Shown here: positions 1 through 9,423 of the stretch, piece after piece
Numbering within the stretch: the stretch's first letter is position 1
How the letters are laid out: every line of letters begins with the position of its first letter
The notes under the pieces: generated by a model
Told to the model about the DNA's origin: nothing
Databases searched by the model: none
What the model saw: only the letters and a program-made list of their open reading frames with translations
Translations under genes and position numbers: made by a program
Assembly: GCA_964354665.1 (NCBI GenBank)
Contig: CAYHAO010000002.1
Coordinates: 8,800 to 72,693, forward strand
Origin: an uncultured Methanomassiliicoccaceae archaeon
Lineage (GTDB): Archaea > Thermoplasmatota > Thermoplasmata > Methanomassiliicoccales > UBA472
Direction of reading: 5' to 3'
Length of the DNA: 63,894 nucleotides

Positions 1-3000
1 TCGACCTTGAACTGGATGGTCTGGTTTAGGCTGTTCCCGGCCTCATCGTAGACGGCCACTTCCAGAACGTGCCACCCATCGGATAGGCTGTCGACCTCGA
101 AGGTCCAGGGCCCTTGGGATAAAGTCTGAATGGGCTCTCCATCCACCCTCAGCGTGATCGTGCTGACGTTGGAGACGGCGTCCCCGGCATCGAAGCGCAG
201 GGACACGTCCTTGGAGGTGAAGGGCCTGCCCGTGCTGTTCAGCTTCAGCGTGGGGCTGTCCAAGTCGATCCTGAAGGCCTCTTGCCGAGCCTCCTCCCAG
301 TTACCAGCCCGGTCCTGGGTGCGGTATTCCAGCGTATGGCTGCCCATGGAACCAACGGAGCTCAAGCCATCATAGGTGGTCCAAGCGCCCCCGTCCAAGC
401 GCCATACGGTCTCCATGGAGCCGCTCATCCCATCATATTCGGACAAGGTGAAGTTGACGATGCTGACGAACCATTCGTTCGAGCCGTGCACGCCCTCGAG
501 CTCTACTGACGTCGTGGGCGCCACCAGGTCCATCATCACCGTCATATTGATGGGCTGGGCCTCGTTCCCCGCGAGGTCCGTTGAATAGTAGCAGACGGTG
601 TGCATTCCCTCCTCAGACAAGGTGAAGGGTATCGAATAGTTCATCCACGGCCCTCCATCCACTTGATACAAGGTTCGGTCCAATCCGGAGCCGTCATCGT
701 AAGGGGAGAGGGAGACGGCCACCTGAGATACGAACCAACCCCCCATTCCAGCTTCCCCTTGGGTGGAGTCGACGGTGGTAGGTGACAGAATGTCCACCCA
801 GACATCAATGGATCGAATAAGCTCTATATTGCCAGCAACGTCGACGGAATAGTAGTCCAGGGCGTGCTGCCCCTGGCCGATCTCGATCTGCCCCTGCGAC
901 TCGTGCCAATCGGAGCCATCCAGGCGGTACATGGTCTGCGATACCCCGCTGAGCTGGTCCATGGCCGAAAGGTCGCCAATGACCGCGCTGACATACCAAC
1001 CCGCCTTGCCTTCCGAGCCTTGGAGGCTGAGGGAGCTTATCGGGAGGCTAAGCTCGATCATCACCTCCATCGAGCTGAGGTCCTCGACATTTCCTGCGTG
1101 GTCCGTGGCATAGAAGCTTACTTCATACACGCCCTCGGCATCGATGGTTATCCTGCCAGAGTATGACGCCCAAGCGCCGCCCGAGATCGAGTAATAAATC
1201 GCGTCCACGCCACTGACGGGGTCGCTAGCCTGGAGCTCAAGGTCGACCAAGGATACGAACCAGCCCTCGTTTCCCTCGGAGCCTATGGCGGTCAAGGAGG
1301 AAGAGGGCGCGCCGAGGTCGATCTTGACCAATCGGGTCATGATCGGGCCCACGTTCCCGGCCTTGTCGATGGCATAGACCTCGATGACATGCTCGCCATC
1401 CTCGTCCAAGGACGGGTTGCCAGCCAGTATCGACCAGGCTCCCCCATCGACACGGAAGTGGTATGAGGCGATGCCACTGCCGACGTCCGAGCCGTTGGGC
1501 TCGAGCTCCACCATGGAGACGAACCAGCCATCATCGCCTGCGGTTCCAATCTGCATCAACTCGCTCGTTGGCAAAGAGTTGTCCACGAGCAATTTCAGCT
1601 CCACCTCCGTCTGCACATTGCCAGCGATGTCCTCCGCCCTGTAGAGGAGGGTGTGCTCGCCCGATGCGATTATCGTGAAAATCGAAGTGTAATTCTCCCA
1701 AGAACCCCCATCCAATGAATATTGAATGCCGAGCAGCCCGCTGAGGGCGTCGGAGGCATTGATCTCCACGTCGACGGAGCTGACATACCAGCCATCCTGT
1801 CCCGAGGTGCCCCTGACGTCTGCGCTGCTGGTGGGAGGCTCTGGGTCGATGCTGAATGTGATGGCCTGTGCCGCCTCGGAATTTCCGGCCAGGTCCGAGG
1901 AATTGAACTCCAACCTATGCTGCCCTGGGCTGGTCACGTCGAAAGGCGCCAAGTATTCCTGCCATTCCCCGCCATCGAGGCTGTAGGACTGCGCTGCCGT
2001 CCCGCTGAACGGATCGTCTGCTACGATGCTGACGCTTACTGGGCCCAGGTACCAGCCTTCGTTGCCCTCCACGCCCTCGAGGACCGCGGCACTTGCGGGG
2101 GCGGACCGGTCGATGGGGACGGAAATACGTTTGGTCGACTCAGAGTTGCCAGCAACATCTGTCGAGTAATAATCCACCTGATGAGGACCCTCGACCGAGA
2201 TGGACGCACCAGGAAGGTAGCGCACCCATGTGCCTCCATCCACCCGATAGAAGCTGGACTGCACCCCGCTTAGAGCATCCGATGCGGAGATGCTGAGCCC
2301 GACCTCGCTGATGAACCAACCATAGCCCCCCGAGGTGCCTGAGAGGCCCAGGGTGGTGCTGGGAGAGGTCACATCTATCTTGATGCTTGCGCCCTTCGGC
2401 GCTTCTGCATTTCCTTGATTATCGATCGAATAGTATTCTATGTTGAAGGTGCCTTGGCCGGTGACGGAGAATGGAGCCAGGTACTCGGTCCAAGCTCCTC
2501 CGCCCACACGGCAGTACGTCGAGGCCACTCCCGAGCCTGAATCGGTCGCCGTCATCGTGACTGTGACCGAGGAGCGATACCAACCGCTGGAGCCCGAGGT
2601 CCCGCTCAGGCTTGAAGATGTCTCAGGAGGGGTGGTGTCTGGAGGCACTACATTGATCAACAAGGCATCCGACGGTATGCGCACGGAATGCATGCCATCG
2701 ATCCGCAGCCAGTTCCCCAGGGTCCTTCCCACCTCGCGGCTCTCGTTGATCTGGACCATGGACAGGGAAGCGAGGTCGTTGCCATCGTCCCACACCGGCG
2801 CTCCTACCGCGTCATCGGTGGCGGAGGCGACATGCCCTGCCGAGCTCTCGTTCCTGAAGGCAAATATGAGATAGTAGGTTCCTGGGGTGGCGGGGACGGT
2901 CGTTGAGACATCGATCTCGACGTCCGTGGTGCCGGCAGCAAGGTCCGGAACCGCCCCGAAGAATGAGCTTGATGACGAGCCCCAATTGTTGGTGCCGATC

Positions 3001-5333
3001 AAGGGAACTTGCTCGGAAGCGAGCCAGGTCACGTTCGCATGGAGCACGATCGTGCCGCTGAGCGTGCTGCCAGCTACCGCGCTCACGCTCTTGCTTGGCA
3101 TGATGGACGCGAACCCTCCGGTGCCGGAGCTGATCGCCAAAGAAGAGTTCTTGCCATAGTCCAACGCCCCCGTCTCATAGGTGAGGGTCAGCGAATAGGT
3201 AGAGAATTGGCCGGAGTCAGGTTGGACTTTGAGGAGGGAATTTCCACCGACAAGTGCCGAGAGCTCGACCACCTCGTAACTACCAGACGTCACGGATGAA
3301 TCGATGAGGGTCGTACCATCGGTTCCATAAAGATAGAGGTCGAGGTCCCCCAAAGTGGCATTGAGGTCAAGGCGCACGGTCAGCTTGTCGTCGACCTCCA
3401 CATGGAGGCCATACCAATCGTCATCTAGACCGACAAGCCCGTAATACGTGCCTGACGGGGACAACGTGGAGGCCTGCGCCGAGTTATCGTTCTCCTCATA
3501 GGCATCGTCCTGCGGGATGATCACGACCTTGTCTACCCAGGCGGTATCCGAGTTACTGCAGTTGGATGCGTCGCGGGTGTAGTTCCATTTCAGAACGTGC
3601 GTGCCCGAACCGAAGCTAAAGACCTTCTTCGTCCAGTCCAAAACGCCGCTAGCTAAATCCTGCTGGACGCCGTCGACATAGAAGCGCAAATGGTCCCTTC
3701 CGCTTTCAGAGCTGACCTTCCAGTAGAAGCTCACCCCGCTGGCGGATGTGATGGTGGCCTGCAAAGAGGAAAAGGAACCATCCCCGACGTCCCCGCTCTG
3801 CATGGACGACCCTCCAGCGAAGGATGTATGGGGCACAGCCGTCCAAAGGGCCTGCCCGGACGAGGAGAAGCTCATCCCGGGATGATCAAGGGCCGTAGCG
3901 CTACTCAAAGGAGCGTACTTGGCGAAGGTGATGGAAGCATGGCCAGGGATCGCTTTGGGAATTTCGGCGCTCTGGGCCGAGACCTGGGTCGGGGCGCCAG
4001 GGACGAAAGCCCCCTCATAGCTCTCCAATTTGAGGGAATTCAACGTTCCTGAGCCAGCGGGCAGGTTTATCCAGAATTTGGAGGATCCGGAGTCGAAGGC
4101 ACTCCGGAAATCGGTGATGTCAAGACACATGAAGCTAGGTAGATCGTGGCTCGAATCGTCCGCGAAATAAGGGCTGACCTCCTTGGTGAAGGAAGGGTAC
4201 GTGCCCAGCCTCATCGAGAAGCTGTCACGGATCGGCGGATCGTTGAAGTGCCATGCGGCGATGAGGGATGGGGCATAGTCAGTGCGGTCCACGACCTCAG
4301 TCAGTGCTTGCCCCGGATGGGCGCAGATCTCCTTGAAGGCGGCATAGGTGAGCCAATAATAGCCCCCGTTGCCCCAGCCGGAGCCCCATGAATTGACGAT
4401 CCGGAATGCCCCGACCTCGCCGTCCTCGGTTATGTTGTCATCATATCCGACTACTGTCTGGGCATGGTTGAGGCTGCTGCCTTCACCATACTCGACAGAT
4501 GTGACTATGTATCTTCCATTGTCGAAGGTGTAGTATCCCGCATTCATGGCGAAGGTTATGGGCCGGTCCTGCGAGATCATCTCCTTGACCTGATTTACCG
4601 CCTCGTCCCCAATGAGGTCATGGTAGACGTAGCTGGCGGCCCGGTGCATGGGAGCCTCTCGGAAGGCGGCAGGACCTCCCCACCCTACCAGATCGCCCTG
4701 ATTGTAGGGGTGGGTGGCCCATGTTGCTACCCCCCAATCGATGGCGATCTGGAAGTTCGTTGACATCCACGAGCCGGAGTCCGAACCTCCGTTGACCTTG
4801 TTGTAAGCCCAAGCTGGACTCATTAGGTGGGCATTATTCGTTCCAGATTTGGCATCGGTCCAGCCGTTGTCCTTGGCCTCGAGGTATCCGTAGGCGTAGT
4901 AGATGGACGCCCAAGCACCGCACGAACCCTGCGACCCTTGGCTGCGAACGACCGGGAAGTAGGGTTGTGAGGAAAAATCATAGGAGGTCGGCAAGGAGAG
5001 GGTGTCCGGAATGGTTTCCTCAGCGATCCCCACCTTGCCCACCATCGCCTGCCATTCCTCCTCGGTGGGAGGGGCGAGCCCGGTCCCAAAACCATCGATT
5101 ATGATGTTGTAGTCCACGCTCTCTTGCCTGATGCCGATCCTGTCGCGCATGGAGAGCATATCCTGCTCGGTCATCAGGTGATATCGCGCGCCGTCGACCT
5201 CATAGACGACTGGCTTCCCGGCATCGACCTCGAAGGCGCCAATCTCCGATGGGGTGGCTTGGCTGGGCAAGGCCGCAAAGGTGGCCGTCACCAGCATCAT
5301 ACCAAGCAGGACGAAGGTTATGGAACGAGACAT
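1..5333 (-). CDS. Secreted papain-family (C1) cysteine peptidase with PPC domain and at least 9 tandem Ig-like repeats; 5' end complete, 3' end runs off the window (at least 1777 aa)
   Basis: Absent from the ORF track because no stop lies inside the window. Reverse-strand ATG at 5333..5331 is followed by signal-like MSRSITFVLLGMMLVTATFAALPSQA. Hand translation shows C1 catalytic motifs QGSQGSCGAWAS (rc of ~4950..4905), NHAQTVVGYDD and IVNSWGSGWGNGGYYWL (~4500..4340). A PPC-type motif DAYEENDNSAQAS...DDDWYGL follows (~3505..3380), then the repeats. The same frame is still open and domain-like at the window edge (VAVYDEAGNSLNQTIQFKV, rc of 59..3). No other frame has an ORF longer than 183 aa across these 5.3 kb. 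Confidence 0.8.
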   Translation of the reverse strand, partial: MSRSITFVLLGMMLVTATFAALPSQATPSEIGAFEVDAGKPVVYEVDGARYHLMTEQDMLSMRDRIGIRQESVDYNIIIDGFGTGLAPPTEEEWQAMVGKVGIAEETIPDTLSLPTSYDFSSQPYFPVVRSQGSQGSCGAWASIYYAYGYLEAKDNGWTDAKSGTNNAHLMSPAWAYNKVNGGSDSGSWMSTNFQIAIDWGVATWATHPYNQGDLVGWGGPAAFREAPMHRAASYVYHDLIGDEAVNQVKEMISQDRPITFAMNAGYYTFDNGRYIVTSVEYGEGSSLNHAQTVVGYDDNITEDGEVGAFRIVNSWGSGWGNGGYYWLTYAAFKEICAHPGQALTEVVDRTDYAPSLIAAWHFNDPPIRDSFSMRLGTYPSFTKEVSPYFADDSSHDLPSFMCLDITDFRSAFDSGSSKFWINLPAGSGTLNSLKLESYEGAFVPGAPTQVSAQSAEIPKAIPGHASITFAKYAPLSSATALDHPGMSFSSSGQALWTAVPHTSFAGGSSMQSGDVGDGSFSSLQATITSASGVSFYWKVSSESGRDHLRFYVDGVQQDLASGVLDWTKKVFSFGSGTHVLKWNYTRDASNCSNSDTAWVDKVVIIPQDDAYEENDNSAQASTLSPSGTYYGLVGLDDDWYGLHVEVDDKLTVRLDLNATLGDLDLYLYGTDGTTLIDSSVTSGSYEVVELSALVGGNSLLKVQPDSGQFSTYSLTLTYETGALDYGKNSSLAISSGTGGFASIMPSKSVSAVAGSTLSGTIVLHANVTWLASEQVPLIGTNNWGSSSSSFFGAVPDLAAGTTDVEIDVSTTVPATPGTYYLIFAFRNESSAGHVASATDDAVGAPVWDDGNDLASLSMVQINESREVGRTLGNWLRIDGMHSVRIPSDALLINVVPPDTTPPETSSSLSGTSGSSGWYRSSVTVTMTATDSGSGVASTYCRVGGGAWTEYLAPFSVTGQGTFNIEYYSIDNQGNAEAPKGASIKIDVTSPSTTLGLSGTSGGYGWFISEVGLSISASDALSGVQSSFYRVDGGTWVRYLPGASISVEGPHQVDYYSTDVAGNSESTKRISVPIDRSAPASAAVLEGVEGNEGWYLGPVSVSIVADDPFSGTAAQSYSLDGGEWQEYLAPFDVTSPGQHRLEFNSSDLAGNSEAAQAITFSIDPEPPTSSADVRGTSGQDGWYVSSVDVEINASDALSGLLGIQYSLDGGSWENYTSIFTIIASGEHTLLYRAEDIAGNVQTEVELKLLVDNSLPTSELMQIGTAGDDGWFVSMVELEPNGSDVGSGIASYHFRVDGGAWSILAGNPSLDEDGEHVIEVYAIDKAGNVGPIMTRLVKIDLGAPSSSLTAIGSEGNEGWFVSLVDLELQASDPVSGVDAIYYSISGGAWASYSGRITIDAEGVYEVSFYATDHAGNVEDLSSMEVMIELSLPISSLSLQGSEGKAGWYVSAVIGDLSAMDQLSGVSQTMYRLDGSDWHESQGQIEIGQGQHALDYYSVDVAGNIELIRSIDVWVDILSPTTVDSTQGEAGMGGWFVSQVAVSLSPYDDGSGLDRTLYQVDGGPWMNYSIPFTLSEEGMHTVCYYSTDLAGNEAQPINMTVMMDLVAPTTSVELEGVHGSNEWFVSIVNFTLSEYDGMSGSMETVWRLDGGAWTTYDGLSSVGSMGSHTLEYRTQDRAGNWEEARQEAFRIDLDSPTLKLNSTGRPFTSKDVSLRFDAGDAVSNVSTITLRVDGEPIQTLSQGPWTFEVDSLSDGWHVLEVAVYDEAGNSLNQTIQFKV
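400..2650 (-). repeat. In-frame tandem coding repeat, ~264 nt (~88 aa) period, at least 9 units (Ig-like beta-sandwich modules of the giant peptidase)
   Basis: The core G-W-[FY]-[VIL]-S recurs on the reverse strand near 463, 727, 988, 1252, 1518, 1783, 2046, 2310 and 2575, with spacing of 261-266 nt. Translated units share ...GW[FY]VS.V.L.L.A.D..SGV..I.Y..DGG.W..Y......EG.H.V.Y.A.D.AGN... Confidence 0.8.
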
Positions 5334-5504
5334 CCTTGGGCACCTGGTCTTTTTCCACTAGGTTATCTGGAACTGAGGGGATAAGGTGGTTATGTTATTT
5401 TCTAATCAATTATCGGTCGCCAACCTGCAAAGCCCTGGCCCTGAGCCTGATAATCACGGCACAGGATTGATATCGGACCTAGGTGTAGGACCTTTCGAAT
5501 AGGT

Positions 5505-5945
5505 ATGAAGGTCAACCTGTTGGCCATCATCGGAGGGCTGCTGGGAGTGATGTGCGTGCTCCTGCCGTGGACCGTCACCCAGGTGGAGAGCGTCTTCGGG
5601 GACTCCAGCTCGGAGATGATCCTGACCGACTATATCCACGAGGGGGACTGGGTCTTCTCCCTCGCGGTGGTCCTCTTCCTCCTCGGCTCCGCCCTGGCCC
5701 TCATCATTCCCTTGGGAGGCTTGGGCCAGTTCTTTGGCTGGATGATGTTCCTCGGTGCCATCCTCGATGACCTGGGAACGACGCAGACCTCGATAGCAGA
5801 CATCACCATCTCCTTGGCGCTGGGTTTCGTGATGGGCTTCGTGGCCTTCGCCCTGGTCTTCGTGTCCTTGGTAAGGCCCATGGGCCCCGGTCATGCCAAG
5901 GGAGCGATAGGCGCTAGGGAGCGCTTCCTCACCTGGTGCCCCTGA
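5505..5945 (+). CDS. Hypothetical small integral membrane protein (about 4 TM helices)
   Basis: ATG at 5505. Clear hydrophobic segments (LLAIIGGLLGVMCVLLPW, WVFSLAVVLFLLGSALALIIPLGGL, FFGWMMFLGAIL, ISLALGFVMGFVAFALVFVSLV). The equal-length antisense ORF 5454..5894 is low-complexity G/E/H/D-rich. Confidence 0.55.
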   Translation: MKVNLLAIIGGLLGVMCVLLPWTVTQVESVFGDSSSEMILTDYIHEGDWVFSLAVVLFLLGSALALIIPLGGLGQFFGWMMFLGAILDDLGTTQTSIADITISLALGFVMGFVAFALVFVSLVRPMGPGHAKGAIGARERFLTWCP

Positions 5946-5947
5946 GC

Positions 5948-6715
5948 TTATTTCTCCGCCAGGTCGTGGTTGCTTCGCTCCAGATGGTCTCGGTCCTCAC
6001 GATTGAGAGGGGATGGTTCGCTGGCGCATGACTCGCGAGCGGTCTTCTTCCTGTCCTTTGGGTTCATGCGCTCACCCGTGACCATGTACACCACCCTCTC
6101 CCCGATGTTGCATGAATGGTCCGCTATTCGCTCCAAGTACCTGGCAATCAATATGATGTGCGTCCCCACGGTGATTTTCCTAGGGTCCTCGATCATGTAG
6201 GTGAGGATGGCCCTGAAGTTGAGGTCGTAGAGGCAGTCAACCTCATCGTCACGTTCGAAGAGCTGCCTTGCCGCCCTATCGTCCCTACGGATGAAGGAGT
6301 CGATGGCGTCCGTCACCATGGCCACGACCAATGAGGCCATGTGGGGGATGTTGACCGGTCGGTGGAAGCCGTTCTCAGAGGCAACGACGTCGAAAATCTC
6401 GACGATATCGCTGGCGTACCTTCCGATGCGGTTGAGGTCGGTGATGATCTTCAGGCAGGTGGATACGGTGCGCAGATCCCCGGCCACGGGCGTGTGCAGC
6501 GCGATCACTTCTAGGCAGCGCTTCTCGATTATCTGCTCCATGTGGTAGATCTCTTTGTCCAGGCGCTCGACCTCCCCTTTAAGGAGGGGGTCCTTGTTTA
6601 TGATGCACCTCACCGCTTTCTCCACCGCCTCGCGTGCCAGCGAGGCCATCTGCGAGACCTCCTGGTTCAGCGTTTCCATCTCCTGGTTGAACAATATCCT
6701 CGAGGTCATGGTCAT
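5948..6715 (-). CDS. phoU: Phosphate transport system regulator PhoU (with ~40-aa charged C-terminal tail)
   Basis: Two PhoU-type helical repeats (…[30 protein letters not shown]…, …[19 protein letters not shown]…[20 protein letters not shown]). Last gene of the pst operon. Its start overlaps the pstB stop by 4 nt. Confidence 0.9.
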   Translation of the reverse strand: MTMTSRILFNQEMETLNQEVSQMASLAREAVEKAVRCIINKDPLLKGEVERLDKEIYHMEQIIEKRCLEVIALHTPVAGDLRTVSTCLKIITDLNRIGRYASDIVEIFDVVASENGFHRPVNIPHMASLVVAMVTDAIDSFIRRDDRAARQLFERDDEVDCLYDLNFRAILTYMIEDPRKITVGTHIILIARYLERIADHSCNIGERVVYMVTGERMNPKDRKKTARESCASEPSPLNREDRDHLERSNHDLAEK

Positions 6716-7512
6716 CCCATCCTACCTGTGATGTACTGCTCAGTGAGCTTCTGCATGGGGTTCTCGAATATTCCCTCGGTCTCCCCGAACTCAATCAGCT
6801 CGCCGAGATAAAAGAAGGCGGTCTTGTCCGCGACGCGGGCCGCCTGCTGCATGTTGTGCGTGACGATCACCACGGTGAAGTCCTTCTTAAGGTCGACCAG
6901 GAGGTCCTCAATCTTGGCCGTGGCGATGGGGTCTAGCGCCGAGCACGGCTCGTCGAACAAAATTATCTCTGGTTTGACCGCCAGCGTGCGGGCGATGCAC
7001 AGCCTCTGCTGCTGTCCCCCCGACAGGTCGTAGGCGCTCTTTTCCATTCGGTCCTTGACCTCCTCCCAGAGCGCCGCTCTCCTCAGACTCCACTCTACCA
7101 GCTCCACCACCTCCTTCTTGGAGAACTTGCTATGCTTGGGCTCCTTGGTCAGGTCCATGGTCGGCTCCTCCTTGCCGTGGATGCGGGGCGCGTAGGCTAT
7201 GTTCTCGAAGATGCTCTTGGGGAAGGGGTTGGGCTTCTGGAACACCATCCCGATGCGCTTGCGGATCTCCACCACGTCCACGTCCGGGTCGTAGATGTTC
7301 TTGCCGTCCACCTCGATCTTTCCCTCAATCCGGCACTTCTGGACTAGGTCGTTCATGCGGTTGATGCAGCGGATGAAGGTGGACTTGCCGCAGCCCGAGG
7401 GACCGATGATGGCGGTGATCTCGTTCTTGGGGATGGTGATGTTGACATTCTTGAGTGCCTGGTTCTTGTCGAACCAGACGTTCAGGCCACTTACGAAGAT
7501 CTCATCTGCCAT
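6712..7512 (-). CDS. pstB: Phosphate ABC transporter ATP-binding protein PstB
   Basis: Walker [10 protein letters not shown], signature [16 protein letters not shown], Walker [12 protein letters not shown], plus the PstB-typical N-terminus (…[31 protein letters not shown]). Confidence 0.95.
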   Translation of the reverse strand: MADEIFVSGLNVWFDKNQALKNVNITIPKNEITAIIGPSGCGKSTFIRCINRMNDLVQKCRIEGKIEVDGKNIYDPDVDVVEIRKRIGMVFQKPNPFPKSIFENIAYAPRIHGKEEPTMDLTKEPKHSKFSKKEVVELVEWSLRRAALWEEVKDRMEKSAYDLSGGQQQRLCIARTLAVKPEIILFDEPCSALDPIATAKIEDLLVDLKKDFTVVIVTHNMQQAARVADKTAFFYLGELIEFGETEGIFENPMQKLTEQYITGRMG

Positions 7513-7516
7513 TCTA

Positions 7517-8365
7517 TCACCACTTGTATTTCTCTCTGTATCTGTTACGTATGATTATCGCCGCCAGGTTCATGAGGACCACCATTATCAGAAGCACCAG
7601 GGCCGTCCCGTACTGGAAGTCCTTGGTCTTCTCGAACACCGTCTGGGTCGCCAACGCGTAAAGCTGGAAGGGCATGGCCATGAACGTATCCCAGATGTCC
7701 TGAGGCAGGATGCTCTTGGTGAGCACCACGCCGGTGAGCAATATGGGCGCGGTCTCCCCAGCGGCGCGGCTCAGGGAGAGGATCACGCCCGTGAGTATCC
7801 CGGGGAGGGAGTAAGGCAGCACATGATGTCGGATGGTCTGCCATTTGGTGGTCCCCAGGGCCAATGACGCCTCCCTCAGGGAGGAGGGCACGGCCTGGAT
7901 GGCCTCCCGCGAGGCGGTGATGATCAGGGGCAGCACCAGGAAGGCCAGGGTCATGGCCGAGGCGATCAGGCTGAAGCCCCAGCCGAAGAAGATTACCAGC
8001 ATGCCCAGCCCCAGCAGGCCGTACACGATGGACGGCACTCCCGCCAGATTGTTCACCACCACCCGCAGCCATCCGGCGAAGCGGCTGCTCCCCTGGTACT
8101 CGGAGATGTATACGGCGGTGAAGACGCCGATGGGCACGGCGATGATCATGACCAATGCCATGAGGTACAGGGTGCCCATGATGGCCGGGAAGATGCCTCC
8201 CTCGGTGAAGCGTTGCTTGGGGAACTGGGTAAGGAACTCCCAGCTCAACGTCCCTATCCCCAGGAAGACGATATAGCCCACGATGATGAGGAGGGCGAGC
8301 CCTACGACAAGGGCGCATCCGCGGAAGAGGAGGAAGAACAGGCGCTCCTTGGTCTTGCGCCTCAT
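7517..8365 (-). CDS. pstA: Phosphate ABC transporter permease PstA
   Basis: Multi-TM permease with the PstA-type motif [51 protein letters not shown]. Lies between pstC and pstB. Confidence 0.9.
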   Translation of the reverse strand: MRRKTKERLFFLLFRGCALVVGLALLIIVGYIVFLGIGTLSWEFLTQFPKQRFTEGGIFPAIMGTLYLMALVMIIAVPIGVFTAVYISEYQGSSRFAGWLRVVVNNLAGVPSIVYGLLGLGMLVIFFGWGFSLIASAMTLAFLVLPLIITASREAIQAVPSSLREASLALGTTKWQTIRHHVLPYSLPGILTGVILSLSRAAGETAPILLTGVVLTKSILPQDIWDTFMAMPFQLYALATQTVFEKTKDFQYGTALVLLIMVVLMNLAAIIIRNRYREKYKW

Positions 8366-9282
8366 TGGTACCTCTCCGCATGCCTTTTCATGGCATAGTC
8401 AGCGACGAAGTTCAATGCGAAGGTGATGGCGAACAGCACCAGCCCCAGCTCGAACAGGACATGGTAGTGGGCCGTGTTGGCCGCTACCTCCCCCATCTCG
8501 ATGGCGATGGTGGAGGTGATGGGTTGCCCGGAGTAGAAAGGGTTCCAGGTCAGCTGGGGCGAGCTGCCCGTGGCCATAACCACCACCATCGTCTCGCCCA
8601 CGGCTCGACCGATGGAGAGCATGATGGCGGCCACGATGCCTGGCCTGGCGGCGGGGATGATGACCTTCCACATGGTCTCCCAGCGGGTCATGCCCAGAGC
8701 CAGGGAGGCCTCCTTCAGGCTGCGCGGGACGCTGTTCATGGCATCCTCGGACAGAGAGACGATGATGGGCACCATCATGACGGCCAGGAAGACGGCGCCG
8801 TTGAAAAGATTCAGGTAATCGTCAGGCCTCCAATCCGGGTAGAATGCTTCCCACATGAACTTGGCAAAGACGGTGAGGGCGAAGAAACCGAGGACCACCG
8901 AGGGGATGCCAGCGAGGACCTCGATGGCCGGCTTCATGACCTTGCGCACCCTAGGATGGGCTATCTCGGACAGGTAGATGGTGGCGCCCAGGCCGATGGG
9001 GATGGCGATTAGCGCTGAGATGAAGGTGACCACCAAGGTCGCCACCAGCAGGGGCAGCATCCCGAACAGCGGTTCGATCGGGTTCGTTGGATCCCATGTG
9101 GTGCCAGTGAAGAACTGCCATTGGTTGACCAGGAAGAAGGCGGGATAGGAGTTAATAAAGAGGAAAATGGCCACCGCTGCCAGGACGATTATGGCGAAGA
9201 GCGAGACGATGGTGAGTATGACGTACACGAAGCGGTCATAGAACCGCCGCCTCTGAGCGGACACCCTCTGCTTGTAGGCCAC
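8362..9282 (-). CDS. pstC: Phosphate ABC transporter permease PstC
   Basis: GTG start at 9282 preceded by GGAGAGGGTGAG. Motif SLKEASLALGMTRWETMWKVIIPAARPGIVAAIMLSIGRAVGETMVV. Overlaps the pstA start by 4 nt. Confidence 0.9.
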   Translation of the reverse strand: MAYKQRVSAQRRRFYDRFVYVILTIVSLFAIIVLAAVAIFLFINSYPAFFLVNQWQFFTGTTWDPTNPIEPLFGMLPLLVATLVVTFISALIAIPIGLGATIYLSEIAHPRVRKVMKPAIEVLAGIPSVVLGFFALTVFAKFMWEAFYPDWRPDDYLNLFNGAVFLAVMMVPIIVSLSEDAMNSVPRSLKEASLALGMTRWETMWKVIIPAARPGIVAAIMLSIGRAVGETMVVVMATGSSPQLTWNPFYSGQPITSTIAIEMGEVAANTAHYHVLFELGLVLFAITFALNFVADYAMKRHAERYQ

Positions 9283-9339
9283 CTCACCCTCTCCCTTGCC
9301 CTGGCCAGTCGTATGATAAGTTGGATATTGTTCGAAGAT

Positions 9340-9421
9340 TCGGATAATGTCTTAAATGAATTTGGTAAGGAAAGAAAATACAGAAAGGAGAAATGGTTTG
9401 GATGGGGTTCATCACAACCCC
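9340..9421 (-). terminator. Putative intra-operon attenuator/terminator just after pstS: hairpin plus T-rich run
   Basis: On the transcript strand, 2 nt after the pstS stop: GGGGTT-gtgatg-AACCCC (rc of 9404..9421). This is followed by a T-rich run atccaaaccatttctcctttctgtattttctttcc. It lies in the 141-nt pstS-pstC spacer. Confidence 0.4.
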
Positions 9422-9423
9422 GC

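Noticed and set aside
5454-5894. 146-aa reverse ORF mirroring the 146-aa forward ORF 5505..5945
   Set aside because: The reverse product is a G/E/H/D/Q low-complexity string. The forward product has four clean hydrophobic helices, so I kept only the forward call, and only at moderate confidence.
7545-8381. 278-aa alternative-frame ORF on the same strand as pstA
   Set aside because: The product is Pro/Arg/Gly/His-rich with no TM helices. The pstA frame (7517..8365) shows the permease signature.
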